Assembly (NCBI RefSeq): GCF_000143415.4
Contig: NW_003314395.1
Coordinates: forward strand, 1 to 64,000
Source of the DNA: Selaginella moellendorffii
Taxonomy: Eukaryota; Plantae; Lycopodiophyta
Length of the DNA stretch: 64,000 nucleotides
Direction: 5' to 3'
Both the position numbers and the translations under genes were made by a program. This document shows, piece after piece, positions 36,589 through 47,939 of this stretch; the stretch's first letter is position 1, and each line of letters opens with the position of its first letter. The notes below the pieces were generated by a model. That model saw nothing but the letters and a program-made list of their open reading frames with translations. It had not been told where the DNA came from and made no database searches.

Positions 36589-36835
36589 TCAAAACTTTCT
36601 TGGCTCCCAAAACCAATCCATTATTGAGTAATGCCAAGAAAAATCCTCACAAGAGTATACTCACAACAGCCCTTTGTTCCACCACCTTTTGAGGACTTGC
36701 AGTGATGAAGATCATGCTTCTTTAGGAATTCACAACAGCCCTTTGTTCCACCACCTTTTGAGGACTTGCAGTGATGAGGATCATGCTTCTTTAGGAATTC
36801 ATCCAGGTCTGGAACATCATCTCCCCCAATACTCA
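36589..36835 (-). pseudogene. small Cys ORF (copy d) with internal duplication and frameshift
   Basis: EFLKKHD(P/L)HHCKSSKGGGTKGCC present twice; downstream deletion shifts the frame. Confidence 0.5.
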
Positions 36836-37289
36836 TAATAATTTTACTTTTTGACAATACTTTATATGCTAGAAGTCTAATTGGAGGAGAGAGAAAATTA
36901 ATGGAAGGGCTATAATTAAAATAGAATGGCATAGTGAAGATAATGGTTATAAAAATTATAAGATTGCTTTGTCATTTTGCTCTGTTTCAAGCCAAACATG
37001 ATCACTTGGGAAGTGGAAGAATGTTATAGCCAGACAAGAAGCAAACTGTAGCCTATGTGCATATGGGACTGTAGGCAAAGTTTAGAAGAAGTTCAGACAC
37101 TGACAAACATGGCATCATTCATAAGGTCGTACTTATGTGTCCACGAGGCTGCTCATGACAAATACATCGGATTCATATCCACACTTCGCACCCATCCTGC
37201 ATGAATCTTCCATGCTCCCACTCCTTGCATACAGATCTACCAGACTCCTTGCCATGAACATACACTCCCTATGTACATGAGTTTTATCC

Positions 37290-37710
37290 TGTATGTCATC
37301 AGGCAAAGCTCCTTGCGTCTGTCTTCTTTGGTGTTGCAGACGAAGTAAAAACGAAGCCAACTGCGCATGTCATGGAACTCTCCAAACTTGGAATCTTCTG
37401 TTGCTCCTTCTCGCCCTCTTCCTTTTCCGGATTCAAGGAATTTGACTATGGATCTCGAGTGTTTGGAGAAGTTCCAGCAGGAATTCAAGGACAAGCTCAA
37501 GCACAGCTAAGAATGTGCTCACACAAACTTTGTTTTTCCACTCTTCTTGAATAGTCCATTGTTTTACAAATAGGTTGACGCTCATGTTCCGGCGTTCCTC
37601 CGGCGAGGAGATGGACGAGCTCGAGTTCCAACGATCTGGTGACCGAGTACCAGCAGTACCGGGCGCTTCCATGACAACGATGACTTTGGGGAGGATCCCT
37701 CCACAGCGTA
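37290..37710 (+). pseudogene. NHL 3' fragment plus beta-tubulin fragment (copy 4)
   Basis: Homologous to 22560-23055; the tubulin piece retains MFRR..GEEMDELEF. Confidence 0.75.
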
Positions 37711-38001
37711 AAAACCACTCTCTTTTTTCACAAAGTACTATTTTTTTCCAAGTCAAGGGTTAGGTTATACTTTTTCGCTTGGATTTTTCTATTCGAGATG
37801 TCGGAACGTAAGTTTCAGAAACCCAACCACAAAACACAATCATGGCTCACGATGGCTCACAAATATTCTAGTGAATATTCTAAAAATATTTTATTTTTAA
37901 TTCTAGTAATGTAGTACTTTTTATTATATATAAACTACTCAAACATCCTACAAATCATCATTATCTTCAACCTAACTGACGAAAGGGCGGTTTCGTCAGG
38001 T

Positions 38002-38832
38002 ATGGATGCTTCTCTCCATCAAGAAGCTATGGTCTCTCGTGATCATGGGCCTCCAACGCTTGGCCGCCGAGCTCAAGCGCCCTGGCATGGCGGCCATCAC
38101 CGAGCTTCACACCCGCGAGCACCAGCTCCAGCTCCAGCGCATCGAGCAGCGCATGGACACCACCGTCCTCGAGCATCTCATGGAGGCCACGAGCCAGCGC
38201 CAGCTTTAGCTCCAGTTCTTCAAGGTGGCGCTCCAGTTCCAGCTCCGGCTCCAGCGCCAGCTGCTTTCGTTCATGCTCGCGGCCACCACCCTGGTGATCG
38301 AGCTCCAGCGCCTGCTCTCCTTGATCATGCTCGCCACCACGATCCAGCTCCAGCAGCAGCGGTGTACCATCATCATCACGGTGATGGAGCTCCTCTGGTT
38401 GTTCACCACCATCACCATGGTCACCATCACGGAGGCCACCACCATCACCATGGTCACCATCATGGAGGCCGCCACCACCACCACCACCACCACCACCGTC
38501 GCGACGGTCACAACGCAGCGATGGCCACACCGACACCCGCGGCAGTGGTTACAGTGGCTCGGAGGACGCCCTGGTCGCTGCTCCAGCTTCTTCTCTGGGT
38601 TTTGGTTGCGATCTTGGTGCTGCTTGCGTGCTTTTTGCTAGTGCGATGGATGTTATCTCGAAGGAAACAGCGCAGGAATGCGATCTTTCAGGACCCTCGG
38701 TGGCGGATCGAAGTGACGAATCCTCTGGCAGTTGTGGTGGACGATTCTCTGACTGAGAAGAAAGAGCCCGAGTGGAGGATTAAAGTGCTAAACGCACAGG
38801 AGGAAGACAATTCTCTGACTATGAGCCTGTGA
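38002..38832 (+). CDS. His/Pro/Ala-rich single-pass membrane protein, copy 4
   Basis: Intact 276-aa ORF; possible upstream micro-exon at 37798-37807. Confidence 0.7.
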   Translation: MDASLHQEAMVSRDHGPPTLGRRAQAPWHGGHHRASHPRAPAPAPAHRAAHGHHRPRASHGGHEPAPALAPVLQGGAPVPAPAPAPAAFVHARGHHPGDRAPAPALLDHARHHDPAPAAAVYHHHHGDGAPLVVHHHHHGHHHGGHHHHHGHHHGGRHHHHHHHHRRDGHNAAMATPTPAAVVTVARRTPWSLLQLLLWVLVAILVLLACFLLVRWMLSRRKQRRNAIFQDPRWRIEVTNPLAVVVDDSLTEKKEPEWRIKVLNAQEEDNSLTMSL

Positions 38833-38899
38833 AAGAACGCTGCTACCAGCATAGCGAGTGCTCGAGAGGTTTAAGCGGCGGGATTAGTGTCGTCTGGAA

Positions 38900-39490
38900 T
38901 GCACTCTGTCTTTGCTCTAAACGGCACCAACTGACGATGCCTTACTCTCATGAAGTACCAAGGCTGTGATCTGAAGGCCTGTTCCAGTGTTTGGAGTGAA
39001 GAAGACACAGAGAGCTTCGTCGATCTATTTCCAAGCTGCAAAGGTTATATTCGTCGTGACGATCTCTATGAGCCTCGTCAAGTTTTTGAACGAATACCCC
39101 AGAAGCAACATCGTGGACTACCTGATTGCCGGCTATGTTCAGCACAACGAACCGGACGAGCTGTTTCAACGGATGCTGGTAAACTTTCGTGGCAGAATTG
39201 GCAGCTCTGGCAATTGGGAAGGTAATTCACTTGACTATCTCCAGATATAGAGCCGAAGTCATTGTGTCCGTGGCCAACTCAAAGCGGGAGTATCACTGGT
39301 GCTGAGCATGTAGTACCATGGACTGCCGAGCTATGGTCACTGTTCTGGAAGTCTTAAAAATGGACGGCATTGCTTTCACTTCATCCTCACTGAGTGTAGC
39401 CATGCTGGCTTGGTCCACACAGCAATCCCGGCAAGTCAGTAACAAGCACTTTCACTGAGGCTTTCACTGTATGGCGGTGACGCTGCGAAA
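38900..39490 (+). pseudogene. PPR debris (copy 4)
   Basis: Homologous to 1900-2560 (RQVFERIPQK, LIAGYVQHNEP, ECSHAGLV). Confidence 0.65.
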
Positions 39491-41160
39491 ACGATGTCTT
39501 TTTTAAATTATATTTTATGCTTTATATTTCGTATTGAAAAAGAAGAATAACTGGAATTATAGTTGATTGCATCATATATTTTATTAGCTATTATTATATG
39601 CTAGAAGTTTTTTTTGGAGGAGAGAGAAAAATAATGGAGAAGCTATAATTAAAATAGTATGGAGAAGAGGTTTAAAAGAGCCTAGTGGAGATTGGTCTGG
39701 GATAACAAAATGGTTTTGAAGAATTATAAGGAATAAAAGAGTGTTCCTTTGTTTCTAGACGTTTTTGGTTCTGTTGCTGGGAAATGCAAAGTTGTCTGAG
39801 TGTGTGCAAGTGTTGTATGTCAAAGAGAGGGCATTTGCTAGTTTTTAGTCTTGAGTTAGCTTTGGAGGAATGATATCAAGAAGGTTCTCTAATACCATCA
39901 TGTTTTCTGAAACAGCTTAGCTAATAAAATCAACTATAAGTCTTAATCTTACCACATATTCTTCCTTTTTAATAAATAAAAGTAGAAAGTATAAAATAAT
40001 CAATATAACTTCACAGACCAGCTTTACAGAAAGTTTAAATATAATTTTGGTGTCAATACTTTCTAGCTCCTATGGATTGACTGCCAATATCTATAGAAGC
40101 AGGCTCCCAAATGATGAATATTCATTTGTGTTAGGGTAAAATTTATAAATTTGGATATGGTCTTTTATTTTGACTTTATTTTCGGGCTCAACTTGACCAA
40201 ACCTTAAGCTTGCATTAGTAGTCTTTTTATTTTAATATATGAATGACTACTTGAATCAATAAACTAATCCTACAGTCTTGATTCATCCACTCATAATTAT
40301 AGGAGGTTTATTTTTACTTATAGTATTATGGTAATAACTTAAAGTAACCACTGATAAACTAACATTAATCTTTCTAACTCAAAGTGTAACTTTAAATTGC
40401 TCACTCACAAGCTTAAGCATAACCACCAAGGGGAACAAAATAAGACTTAAGTTTCAGGGTTTTCAATTATTGAACAAAGGGATAAAGCCAAACTCTTAAG
40501 CACACAATCAAAAAGTAAAAGAATAAGAGTATGAAACAATATTAAAATTTAGAGCATCCAATATTTCAATACTAAGACTAATATATAAAATAAAACCAAA
40601 TATATTCTAATGCTAATTTTGGCATATTAATGGTATAATATAAGGACATAGATACTTCACCAGCTAAGGAGCTTGGGTTTAAACAAAATTAGATGTAGAA
40701 CAAAGAAAAATATACCTTGTTAAATAGGTTGGTCCTTACTATACATTTGGACCCCTTAATATGAAAGCTAGCTTTAGGTAGTTTTAAAAGTTAGTTTTTA
40801 GGATAAACTTAGAATACAAGAATGTTGAATTTGATAATGTGGAGCAAGGTGACACCATTGAACTAACTTCATCAAGCAATGATATCATCATTCAACAAAT
40901 TTACAACAACATAATTTAAATGTTATATGTTGGTGAAATTACAGCAGATATAGTTTAATGACAATGTTTCAAACCATAATCAACAAGCACTGCTTGTTGC
41001 TCTCCTTAAATTTGTAGGTGTCTTGCAATACTAACAGTAATCAATGGTTTTTTTCACCCATTGACATGATTTTCAGGCACAGTATCTGGACCCACATGCA
41101 CCCAAGGATGCCACAACAGGATAATGGAGTTTCCACTTATGATTTGTCCTTTTGCAATGT

Positions 41161-42218
41161 TCACGCGAGCCAGGGAATACCATAGGAAACACACGATTCA
41201 TAAGACGCTGCTCCTGGTAACTTCACGATAGCACCCAGACCAATTCTCCACAGATCTAGCAAGATCGTCACGATCATTGCCGCAGCCAAGGAATCAATGG
41301 CAGTTTGCGACAGCGTCCATCGAGAGCGAGGATTTTCATCTAGCCTGCACATCAAAACTAAAGTCTCTATCGCGCTCGGGCGAAGCGAAGCGAACGAACC
41401 TGATAAACATGGGGAAGCTCACAAAAAAGTATATGGCGTAGAATAGCGATCCAATTCTGTAGAATGCGTCTCTGTCCACCATGTCGTAGTAAGGAAACTA
41501 TAAAAGAAGGAAAGAAACTTGTCTATCAGCTTCGTGAAGTTCATAAAAGGAAAAGTGCTTACGTTGGAGATTGTCACAGCTTCCATGAACGCCGTAAGGT
41601 AGGACAAACCGAAGATCCACAGCGCTTGACATCCCCAGCTAAAAACTCGGTTTGATCCTTTGAGAGCGTGGCGGAGTCGCCTCAGCGTGAAGTCGGACAC
41701 CATATGATAAAAGAGGAAGTAAGCATGCGTAAGGAAGAATGTCACAAGCGGCACCTGGAACGATCAGTCCATCGTTTCAGCAAGCGATGTTACGAGAAAC
41801 AAGGAAATTGAAAACTTTGTACCGTGCTCGTACATGATTTAACCTCCAGGACGGGAACGTGTAAGTTGCACCAAGAACAGTGTAGAAGTAATGCGTCCAG
41901 AAGTAGTTTCCAACGTATCCGAAAATCGCAACCCACAAGTTCGCCTGGAAAACGAGAACAGCAATCCACAAGTTAGCCTGGAAAACGAGAACAATCGGAC
42001 ATAGCTAGCTATAAAACCAGGAAGAAGCATCCACACCTTTATCCAGTAGCGATCATACCAACGCAGCTTCTTGTCTTCCTGATCAAAGAAAGACATCACG
42101 AAACAAGTCGGAAAGACTGAAAGAAAAACTCCAATACCTTTCCAACGAGAAACACTGGAACGACAAAACACGGCAGTGCCACCACCAATCCCAGCAGAAA
42201 ATACTCGAGCTCCTTAAA

Positions 42219-42265
<47 letters not shown>

Positions 42266-42560
42266 ATTACTTCCTACATTGCCAAGATCAAAGTTTTACC
42301 TCGTAGATCCTGAGCGGCACTATGATTCCGAGACACAGCACGATCCAAACGGGACTATACGCCAGAAAGAAGAGCTCGCCCCATCGCTTGCTGGGACAGG
42401 GCGCCAGCCACAAGCTCCCGCTGGATTTCCTATCCAATCCTGCAAATGCAGCACAAGAATCTCATTCCAGCGCAACTCCAAATCTTCCCCTACCTCGCAC
42501 AGGAGCAGCGGCGCCATCGGCAGCGCCATCGCTCTTCCTCCGCTGCTTGAGCGCTCCCAT
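41161..42560 (-). CDS. CPI1: cycloeucalenol cycloisomerase (sterol biosynthesis), multi-exon
   Basis: SKRWGELFFLAYSP, DRYWIKANLW..IFGYVGNYFWTHYF..LGATYTFPSW, LTHAYFLFYH, GSLFYAIYFFVSFPMF, MIVTILLDLWR. Confidence 0.93.
42224..42262. repeat. (GA)n microsatellite in a CPI1 intron
   Basis: About 19 perfect GA units. Confidence 0.95.
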
Positions 42561-42639
42561 CCCGCCCTAAAAATTTAGAATATCAGAGGTTTAAGCCTAA
42601 CGAGGTTCGATTCCAGCGAGTAGCTTCTTCTTCTTCTTC

Positions 42640-44814
42640 TCATTTGGCCAAGTACTCCTCCGCGAAGCTCTTATCTTTCGGTGACAACTCGCGTTCCTTG
42701 AATCGAAAAGCACTGCGAAGCATGTCTTTAGCTTTCCCATCCGGCCTACACCCAGCCTTGATCATCTCGTCAAACACACCCGAGACCTCGTCCAGCTTCT
42801 CGGCTCGGATCAAAGCCTTCATGAGCGTCGTGTAAGTGATCTTGTCCGCCGTCAATCCAGCCTCCTTGATGTACTCAAACACCGCGAACGCCTCCTGGCT
42901 TCTCCCGGCCATGCTGAAGGCGTTGATGAGCAAGTTGAGCATCGCCAGGTTGATCTCGATGTTCTCCTTCTCCATCGTCTGGAGGACATGAAGCGTCTGC
43001 TCGCACATCCCCAGCTGCGCGTACGCGTTCGCCAGAGCCGAGTAAGCCGTCGGCGATGGCCCCATTCCATCCTCCTTCATCGTCTGGAGACACTCCACTG
43101 CGTCCTGGAAGAGCCGCGCTTGAGCGTAGACGTCCACCAAGGTTGTGTAAGTCACCACGTTTGGAAACATCCCCTTGGAGCGCATCTCCTCCACCATCTC
43201 GTTCACGTCGTTCCACCGCTTGTGCTCTCCCAGGCCGTGGATCACGATGTTGAAAGTTTGAGCCGTGGGAGCGCAGCCATCGTTCACCATCTTGTAGTAG
43301 AGTTTTCTCGCTTCTAGAGGCTGCCCCGCCTTGCAGCAGGCGTCTATGAGCGAGTTCCAGGACACCACGTCCGGCTCGATGCCACCATCTTGCATTTTGA
43401 AGAACGCGATGCGGGCTTGCTCCAGCTGCCTGGTCCGGCCGAAGGTGTTGATGATCACGTTGTAGACGTGAGCGTCGGGTGTGACTCCTGCTTGCTGCAT
43501 CTCTCGCAGGAGCTTCACGCCTTTCTGCCACTGCCCTGTGTCCCTGTAGATCGTTATCATCCTCGCGTACATGTAGGTGTTGGGCCGGATATCACAGTCC
43601 CGCATCTCCTGATAGAGAGCTTCCAGCCGATCCATAAGCCCCGCGCGAGCGTAAGCATCGATGAGCAGGCAGTATGTTATCTTGTTTATCGACATCCCTG
43701 TGTCTCGGAGTAGCGTCTTGACGGTGTCTATTTGTTGTAGCTGGCCTTTCCTCGAGTAGCCACCGAGAAGCGTGTTGTAAGCCTTGAGGTTCGGCCTCAA
43801 GCCATACCACTTCATTTCTTCCAGCAGAGCTTCCGCCTCGGCAGTCCTCCCGTGCTTTCCGAGAGAAAGCATCAGCGATATGTAGCTATCCCTGTCCGCC
43901 ACCAGGCCGGAAGCTTGCAACTTCTCCAGGAAAAACATGCCTTCGTTGGGCTTGTGAGCTTGTCCACAGGCAAAGATGAGATCGTTGTAGACTTTTCCGT
44001 CAACCTGGACGCCCTCGGCTTGCATTTCCTGGAAGAGCCTAAACCCCGTGTAGATATCCACAACACCATGCCGGCAAGCTTGAATGACGTGCGTGTAGCT
44101 CACCACGTCCGGAGGAAAGCCGAGAGTCTTCATCTTGCTCAAAGTCTCTAGAGCTTTTCCATAGTCCCTGTTCTGTGCGTAAGCCCCGACGAGAGCATTG
44201 TATCCACGTCGCTGAAGATTGGATCCAAGCTTCTCGGCCACCTCTAGAGCTTTGTGTAGTTTCCTCTCCCTTCCATATCCATGGATGACCACCGAGTCCA
44301 AGACGTCGTAAGTCCGGCAGAAGGAATTCTCTCGGAGCCATTCCAAGAGCTCGGAAGCAAAGCTACTGCGTCCACTTACACACAGTTCTTGCAAGAGCCA
44401 GTGCCACGCTCTCTCTGGAACCTTCCTAAACTGTTCTACAGCAAACTTCTCCCCTATAGCGTTCTCCCTTTCCAAGCTGCCGAGCAATGCCTTCCAAGGC
44501 AATCCACCGTTCCAGTGATTCCGGAGCCTCTTCTCAATCTCCTCTAGCGAGATCTCCCGAAGCTTACCTCCATTCCGCGTGAAAAGCTTCTCATCTACGC
44601 CCTCTTGATCCTCCTCCTCCTCCCAAACCCTGAGCTCATCAATCGGGTCTCCATCCTCTTGAGTCCATTGCTGATCATCCGAAAGAGAGCAAAATCCTAC
44701 CAATCCTTGCGCCTGCCGTGGCCGCCATGGCGCCATGGCCGCGGAGAGCTTCATCGATGCCATCGCCGTGGAAGAGTGGAAGAATGCAGCGGTGTGGAAG
44801 GCTGTGGACGCCAT
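42640..44814 (-). CDS. CRP1: P-class PPR protein, chloroplast RNA processing 1-like, intronless
   Basis: Transit-peptide-like N-terminus, tandem P motifs, C-terminus TYTTLMKALIR..EMIKAGCRPDGKAKDMLRSAFR characteristic of CRP1 (At5g42310). Confidence 0.88.
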   Translation of the reverse strand: MASTAFHTAAFFHSSTAMASMKLSAAMAPWRPRQAQGLVGFCSLSDDQQWTQEDGDPIDELRVWEEEEDQEGVDEKLFTRNGGKLREISLEEIEKRLRNHWNGGLPWKALLGSLERENAIGEKFAVEQFRKVPERAWHWLLQELCVSGRSSFASELLEWLRENSFCRTYDVLDSVVIHGYGRERKLHKALEVAEKLGSNLQRRGYNALVGAYAQNRDYGKALETLSKMKTLGFPPDVVSYTHVIQACRHGVVDIYTGFRLFQEMQAEGVQVDGKVYNDLIFACGQAHKPNEGMFFLEKLQASGLVADRDSYISLMLSLGKHGRTAEAEALLEEMKWYGLRPNLKAYNTLLGGYSRKGQLQQIDTVKTLLRDTGMSINKITYCLLIDAYARAGLMDRLEALYQEMRDCDIRPNTYMYARMITIYRDTGQWQKGVKLLREMQQAGVTPDAHVYNVIINTFGRTRQLEQARIAFFKMQDGGIEPDVVSWNSLIDACCKAGQPLEARKLYYKMVNDGCAPTAQTFNIVIHGLGEHKRWNDVNEMVEEMRSKGMFPNVVTYTTLVDVYAQARLFQDAVECLQTMKEDGMGPSPTAYSALANAYAQLGMCEQTLHVLQTMEKENIEINLAMLNLLINAFSMAGRSQEAFAVFEYIKEAGLTADKITYTTLMKALIRAEKLDEVSGVFDEMIKAGCRPDGKAKDMLRSAFRFKERELSPKDKSFAEEYLAK

Positions 44815-44977
44815 AGCTCCACTCCCGCCCTAAAATCAAAATATCGAGGTTTAACTTATACCCTAGACGAGGGCTCGATTCCAGCGAGTGAAAATTTGCC
44901 AGTGTACGTTTCTACCAATGCAATGTGCGTGATTTCATGCATATAAGCTCTCTTCTTCTTTCTCTCGCCTTTGCACG

Positions 44978-46372
44978 ATGGCTATGGCTTCCAGCAATGG
45001 AAAGCTTGTGTGCGTCACTGGAGGAACTGGCTACATTGCCTCCTGGATCGTCCGCGAGCTCCTCCAAAGGGGCTACACAGTCCACACCACTGCGCGCAAT
45101 CCAGGTGAGGAACACCACCGTGATTATTTCTTCCACACGCGATGGATCGATCGATGCTTGCTTGCTTGCGAAGATGATCCCGCCAAGGTCGGCTTCCTGT
45201 GGGACTTGCCCGGAGCGAAGGAGCGCCTCCGGATCTTCAAGGCCGATTTGCTCGAGCCGGGCAGCTTCGACGCCGCGCTGAGTGGCGTGTACGGCGTCAT
45301 TCACGTCGCTGGCGTCGTGCTGATCGATCCCAAAGACGATCCACAGGTTTGGTTTCTCTCGCAAAATCTTTGAACACTCCACCAAACTCTTTGATCGTTA
45401 TCGTTCTGCTTTGTTTCTAGCTCAAACTCGTCGAAACCTCCACCAATGGCGTGCTCAACGTCCTCGGCTCGTGTACAAAGTTCTCCTCCATCGCCAAGGT
45501 CGTCCTCACTTCATCCTGCTCGGCGATTCGCTACGACCACCACCACCAAACTGGAAAGAACGATTCACTGCTTGACGAGAGCTCCTGGACGAATCCGGGC
45601 TACTGCAGCCAACACAAGGTCCCAAAAGATCTGTTTTGTCAGATCCATCCAGTTGATAGAGATGATCATCTTCGTCTCTTGTTTGTTTCTAACCAGTTTC
45701 TTTTGTCTCGAATCGTTTCTTCTTCCCTGTTTGTTCTAGTTCTAGCTAACGAAATCTCTTGTTTCTCTCCAGCTATGGTATCCACTGGCCAAGACACTAG
45801 CCGAGAGGACTGCCTGGGATTTTAGCAAGCTCCATGGGATCAATCTCGTCGTGGTGAATCCATCCTTCATCGTTGGACCGCTTCTACAGCCGGTTCCAAC
45901 CAGCACCATCCTCATCGTCCTCGGCATGCTCAAAGGTCGAGAGAAAAAAAAAACCAATTTTTTGCTCAAGATCATCCTATTCGTTCCAGGCCATATCAAG
46001 CTCTATCCAAACATGATCGTCGGCTTCGTTCACATCCAGGACGTGGTAGCAGCACACCTCCTCGCCTACGAATCCCCCGACGCGGCTGGCCGATACATTT
46101 GCTCCGAGAGAGTGGCTCACTGGAGAGAAGTTCTCGAGATGCTACGAGCGAAGTATCCCCAGTATCCTCTTCCAAGCGAGTAAGAATCCTTTCTCACGAT
46201 CACTCACCACAAGATCCAACAATGCAGGCCATCCCAGGACCAAGGCCAAGACATTCCTCACGAGATGAGCGCTGAAAAGCTCAAGCAACTCGGCCTCGAG
46301 AGTTATCAGCCGCTGGAGAAGATGTTTGACGACTGCATCGAGAGCCTCAAACTCAAAGGTTTTCTGGAATGA
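44978..46372 (+). CDS. TKPR2: tetraketide alpha-pyrone reductase 2-like (DFR/CCR superfamily), multi-exon
   Basis: VTGGTGYIAS, KVGFLW, LTSSCSAIRY, WYPLAKT, VNPSFIVGP..PTST, YPN..VGFVHI.DVVAAH, VAHW, MFDDCI. Confidence 0.85.
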
Positions 46373-46474
46373 AAAGAACAAGCGCTTCTTCTATAGATGG
46401 AATAAGTAAACAAACACACACGAAAACAATGGAAAGTGGAGAGCACTTCCCTTCGTAACTTGGAAACTTTCCTC

Positions 46475-47198
46475 CTAGTGCGAGCAGACAAGCGAGCTCA
46501 TGAAACTCCACCAGTGCTTGAGCGGATGTGAGATCGGCTGCGTGACACTGGTCTGTCGCTCGGAGATCTCATCGGCCTTCTTTCGATAGAGGAGGAACTG
46601 CCGAGTTCCAAGTACCCCGATGCATTCATTAGAGTCGAGAGCTGTTAGACAAGAGAGAACCAACTTAGAATCGATCACCACCAGGGGAAAATCTCTTACG
46701 TACCTTTGAAGTCGCCATTGTCGCAGTAGAGCTCCACAAGCTGCTTGCTAAGTAGAGGAAGCCTCCCCTCGCGAGCATACACACGAAGAGCCGTGTCCAC
46801 AACACGTCCGACGGTGTCAGCTTTGTCCACGAGAAAACGTAGAGGACCGGGGCTTCCCAGGACAGTCACAGTGACTAGCATAAGATTTGCATCACCTTTT
46901 CCCTGCAAGACGCAAGAACAGCTCAAGAAAAACGATGGAAGAAACGAAAGAAAAAGGACTTCCAACGTACCTGGCTCTTGCTCAGCAGCGCAGCCAATGG
47001 AGTCTTCCCCGGAGGCCTCTTGGCGGAGAGATTCTCATCCGCATAAGCTCGACTCGGAGCGTTCTTATCCTTCTCCGCCACCACCGGCACCTTTCTCCCG
47101 GGCACCACCACCATAGCCTTGGACTTTGGAGAAGTTCGTCCTTTAGAACCGAGTGAGGAGCTGCTGGAAGCCACCACTTCCATCGCGTGAGGAGCCAT
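46475..47198 (-). CDS. uncharacterised plant protein (At4g22758-like), 3 exons
   Basis: LVTVTVLGSPGPLRFLV..VVDTALRVYAREGRLPLL and IG..G.RQFLL motifs. Confidence 0.8.
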
Positions 47199-47939
47199 TC
47201 GCGAAGAAGCAGCAGCAACGAAAAGAAATCTTCGTAGAAGTAGCAATCTTGGAGAGGAGAGGATGATCTTGCTCGCTGTGGAAACCAGCAGGATCGTTGT
47301 CAAAATGTTCTTTCAGCCCATAAGTGCCGCCAGAAGTACGTGGAGAGCTCTTCCGGCACAGAAGACTCTCATCTAAATCCTCGCTACGAAAGGATCAATG
47401 CCGAGAACGCACGAGTCGGAGCCTGGGAGCCCAGTTCGATAGAATTGGATGCCAACGCGGTAAAACTTCTTGGCCAAGGTGCTGTCAAGCCGCAAGCTTT
47501 GGCTCCAGGATGAGCCCGCTTGCTTCGCCGAATCACTCTGCATAAATGATGTGATCATCCAATGGAGCCAAGCGCCCACCCCACACGAGTTCGCTCGCTT
47601 CGCTGCGCCAAGAACAACAAAGGAAAAGATGATCAGTGACCAAAGGCGTGATCCGAGTCAAATTGGGGGATCGCGCAGCGCCCACAAGAGATTTGTGTGC
47701 CATTTGCTGGCGATCGATGAGTACCTTGAAAGCGCGGAAAGGATTGCGACGCTGCCACGAACCGCTCTCAAAGGATCATAGCCGCCGCTCAAGCACAGCC
47801 TGCGAGCCCTAACGCCATCCCGGCCTTACATTCGCTCGCGCAACGGCCGCGATTGCCGCTGACGTGGCGGTCTCGCGGCCGTTGGACAGGCCACGTTTGA
47901 CACGTTCAAAAGGGGCGAATATGCCCAGAACGGATATCC

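Noticed and set aside
42603-42616. tRNA B-box-like GGTTCGATTCC (also GGTTCGAGTCC near 54912)
   Set aside because: No cloverleaf, T-stem pairing or properly spaced A-box visible.
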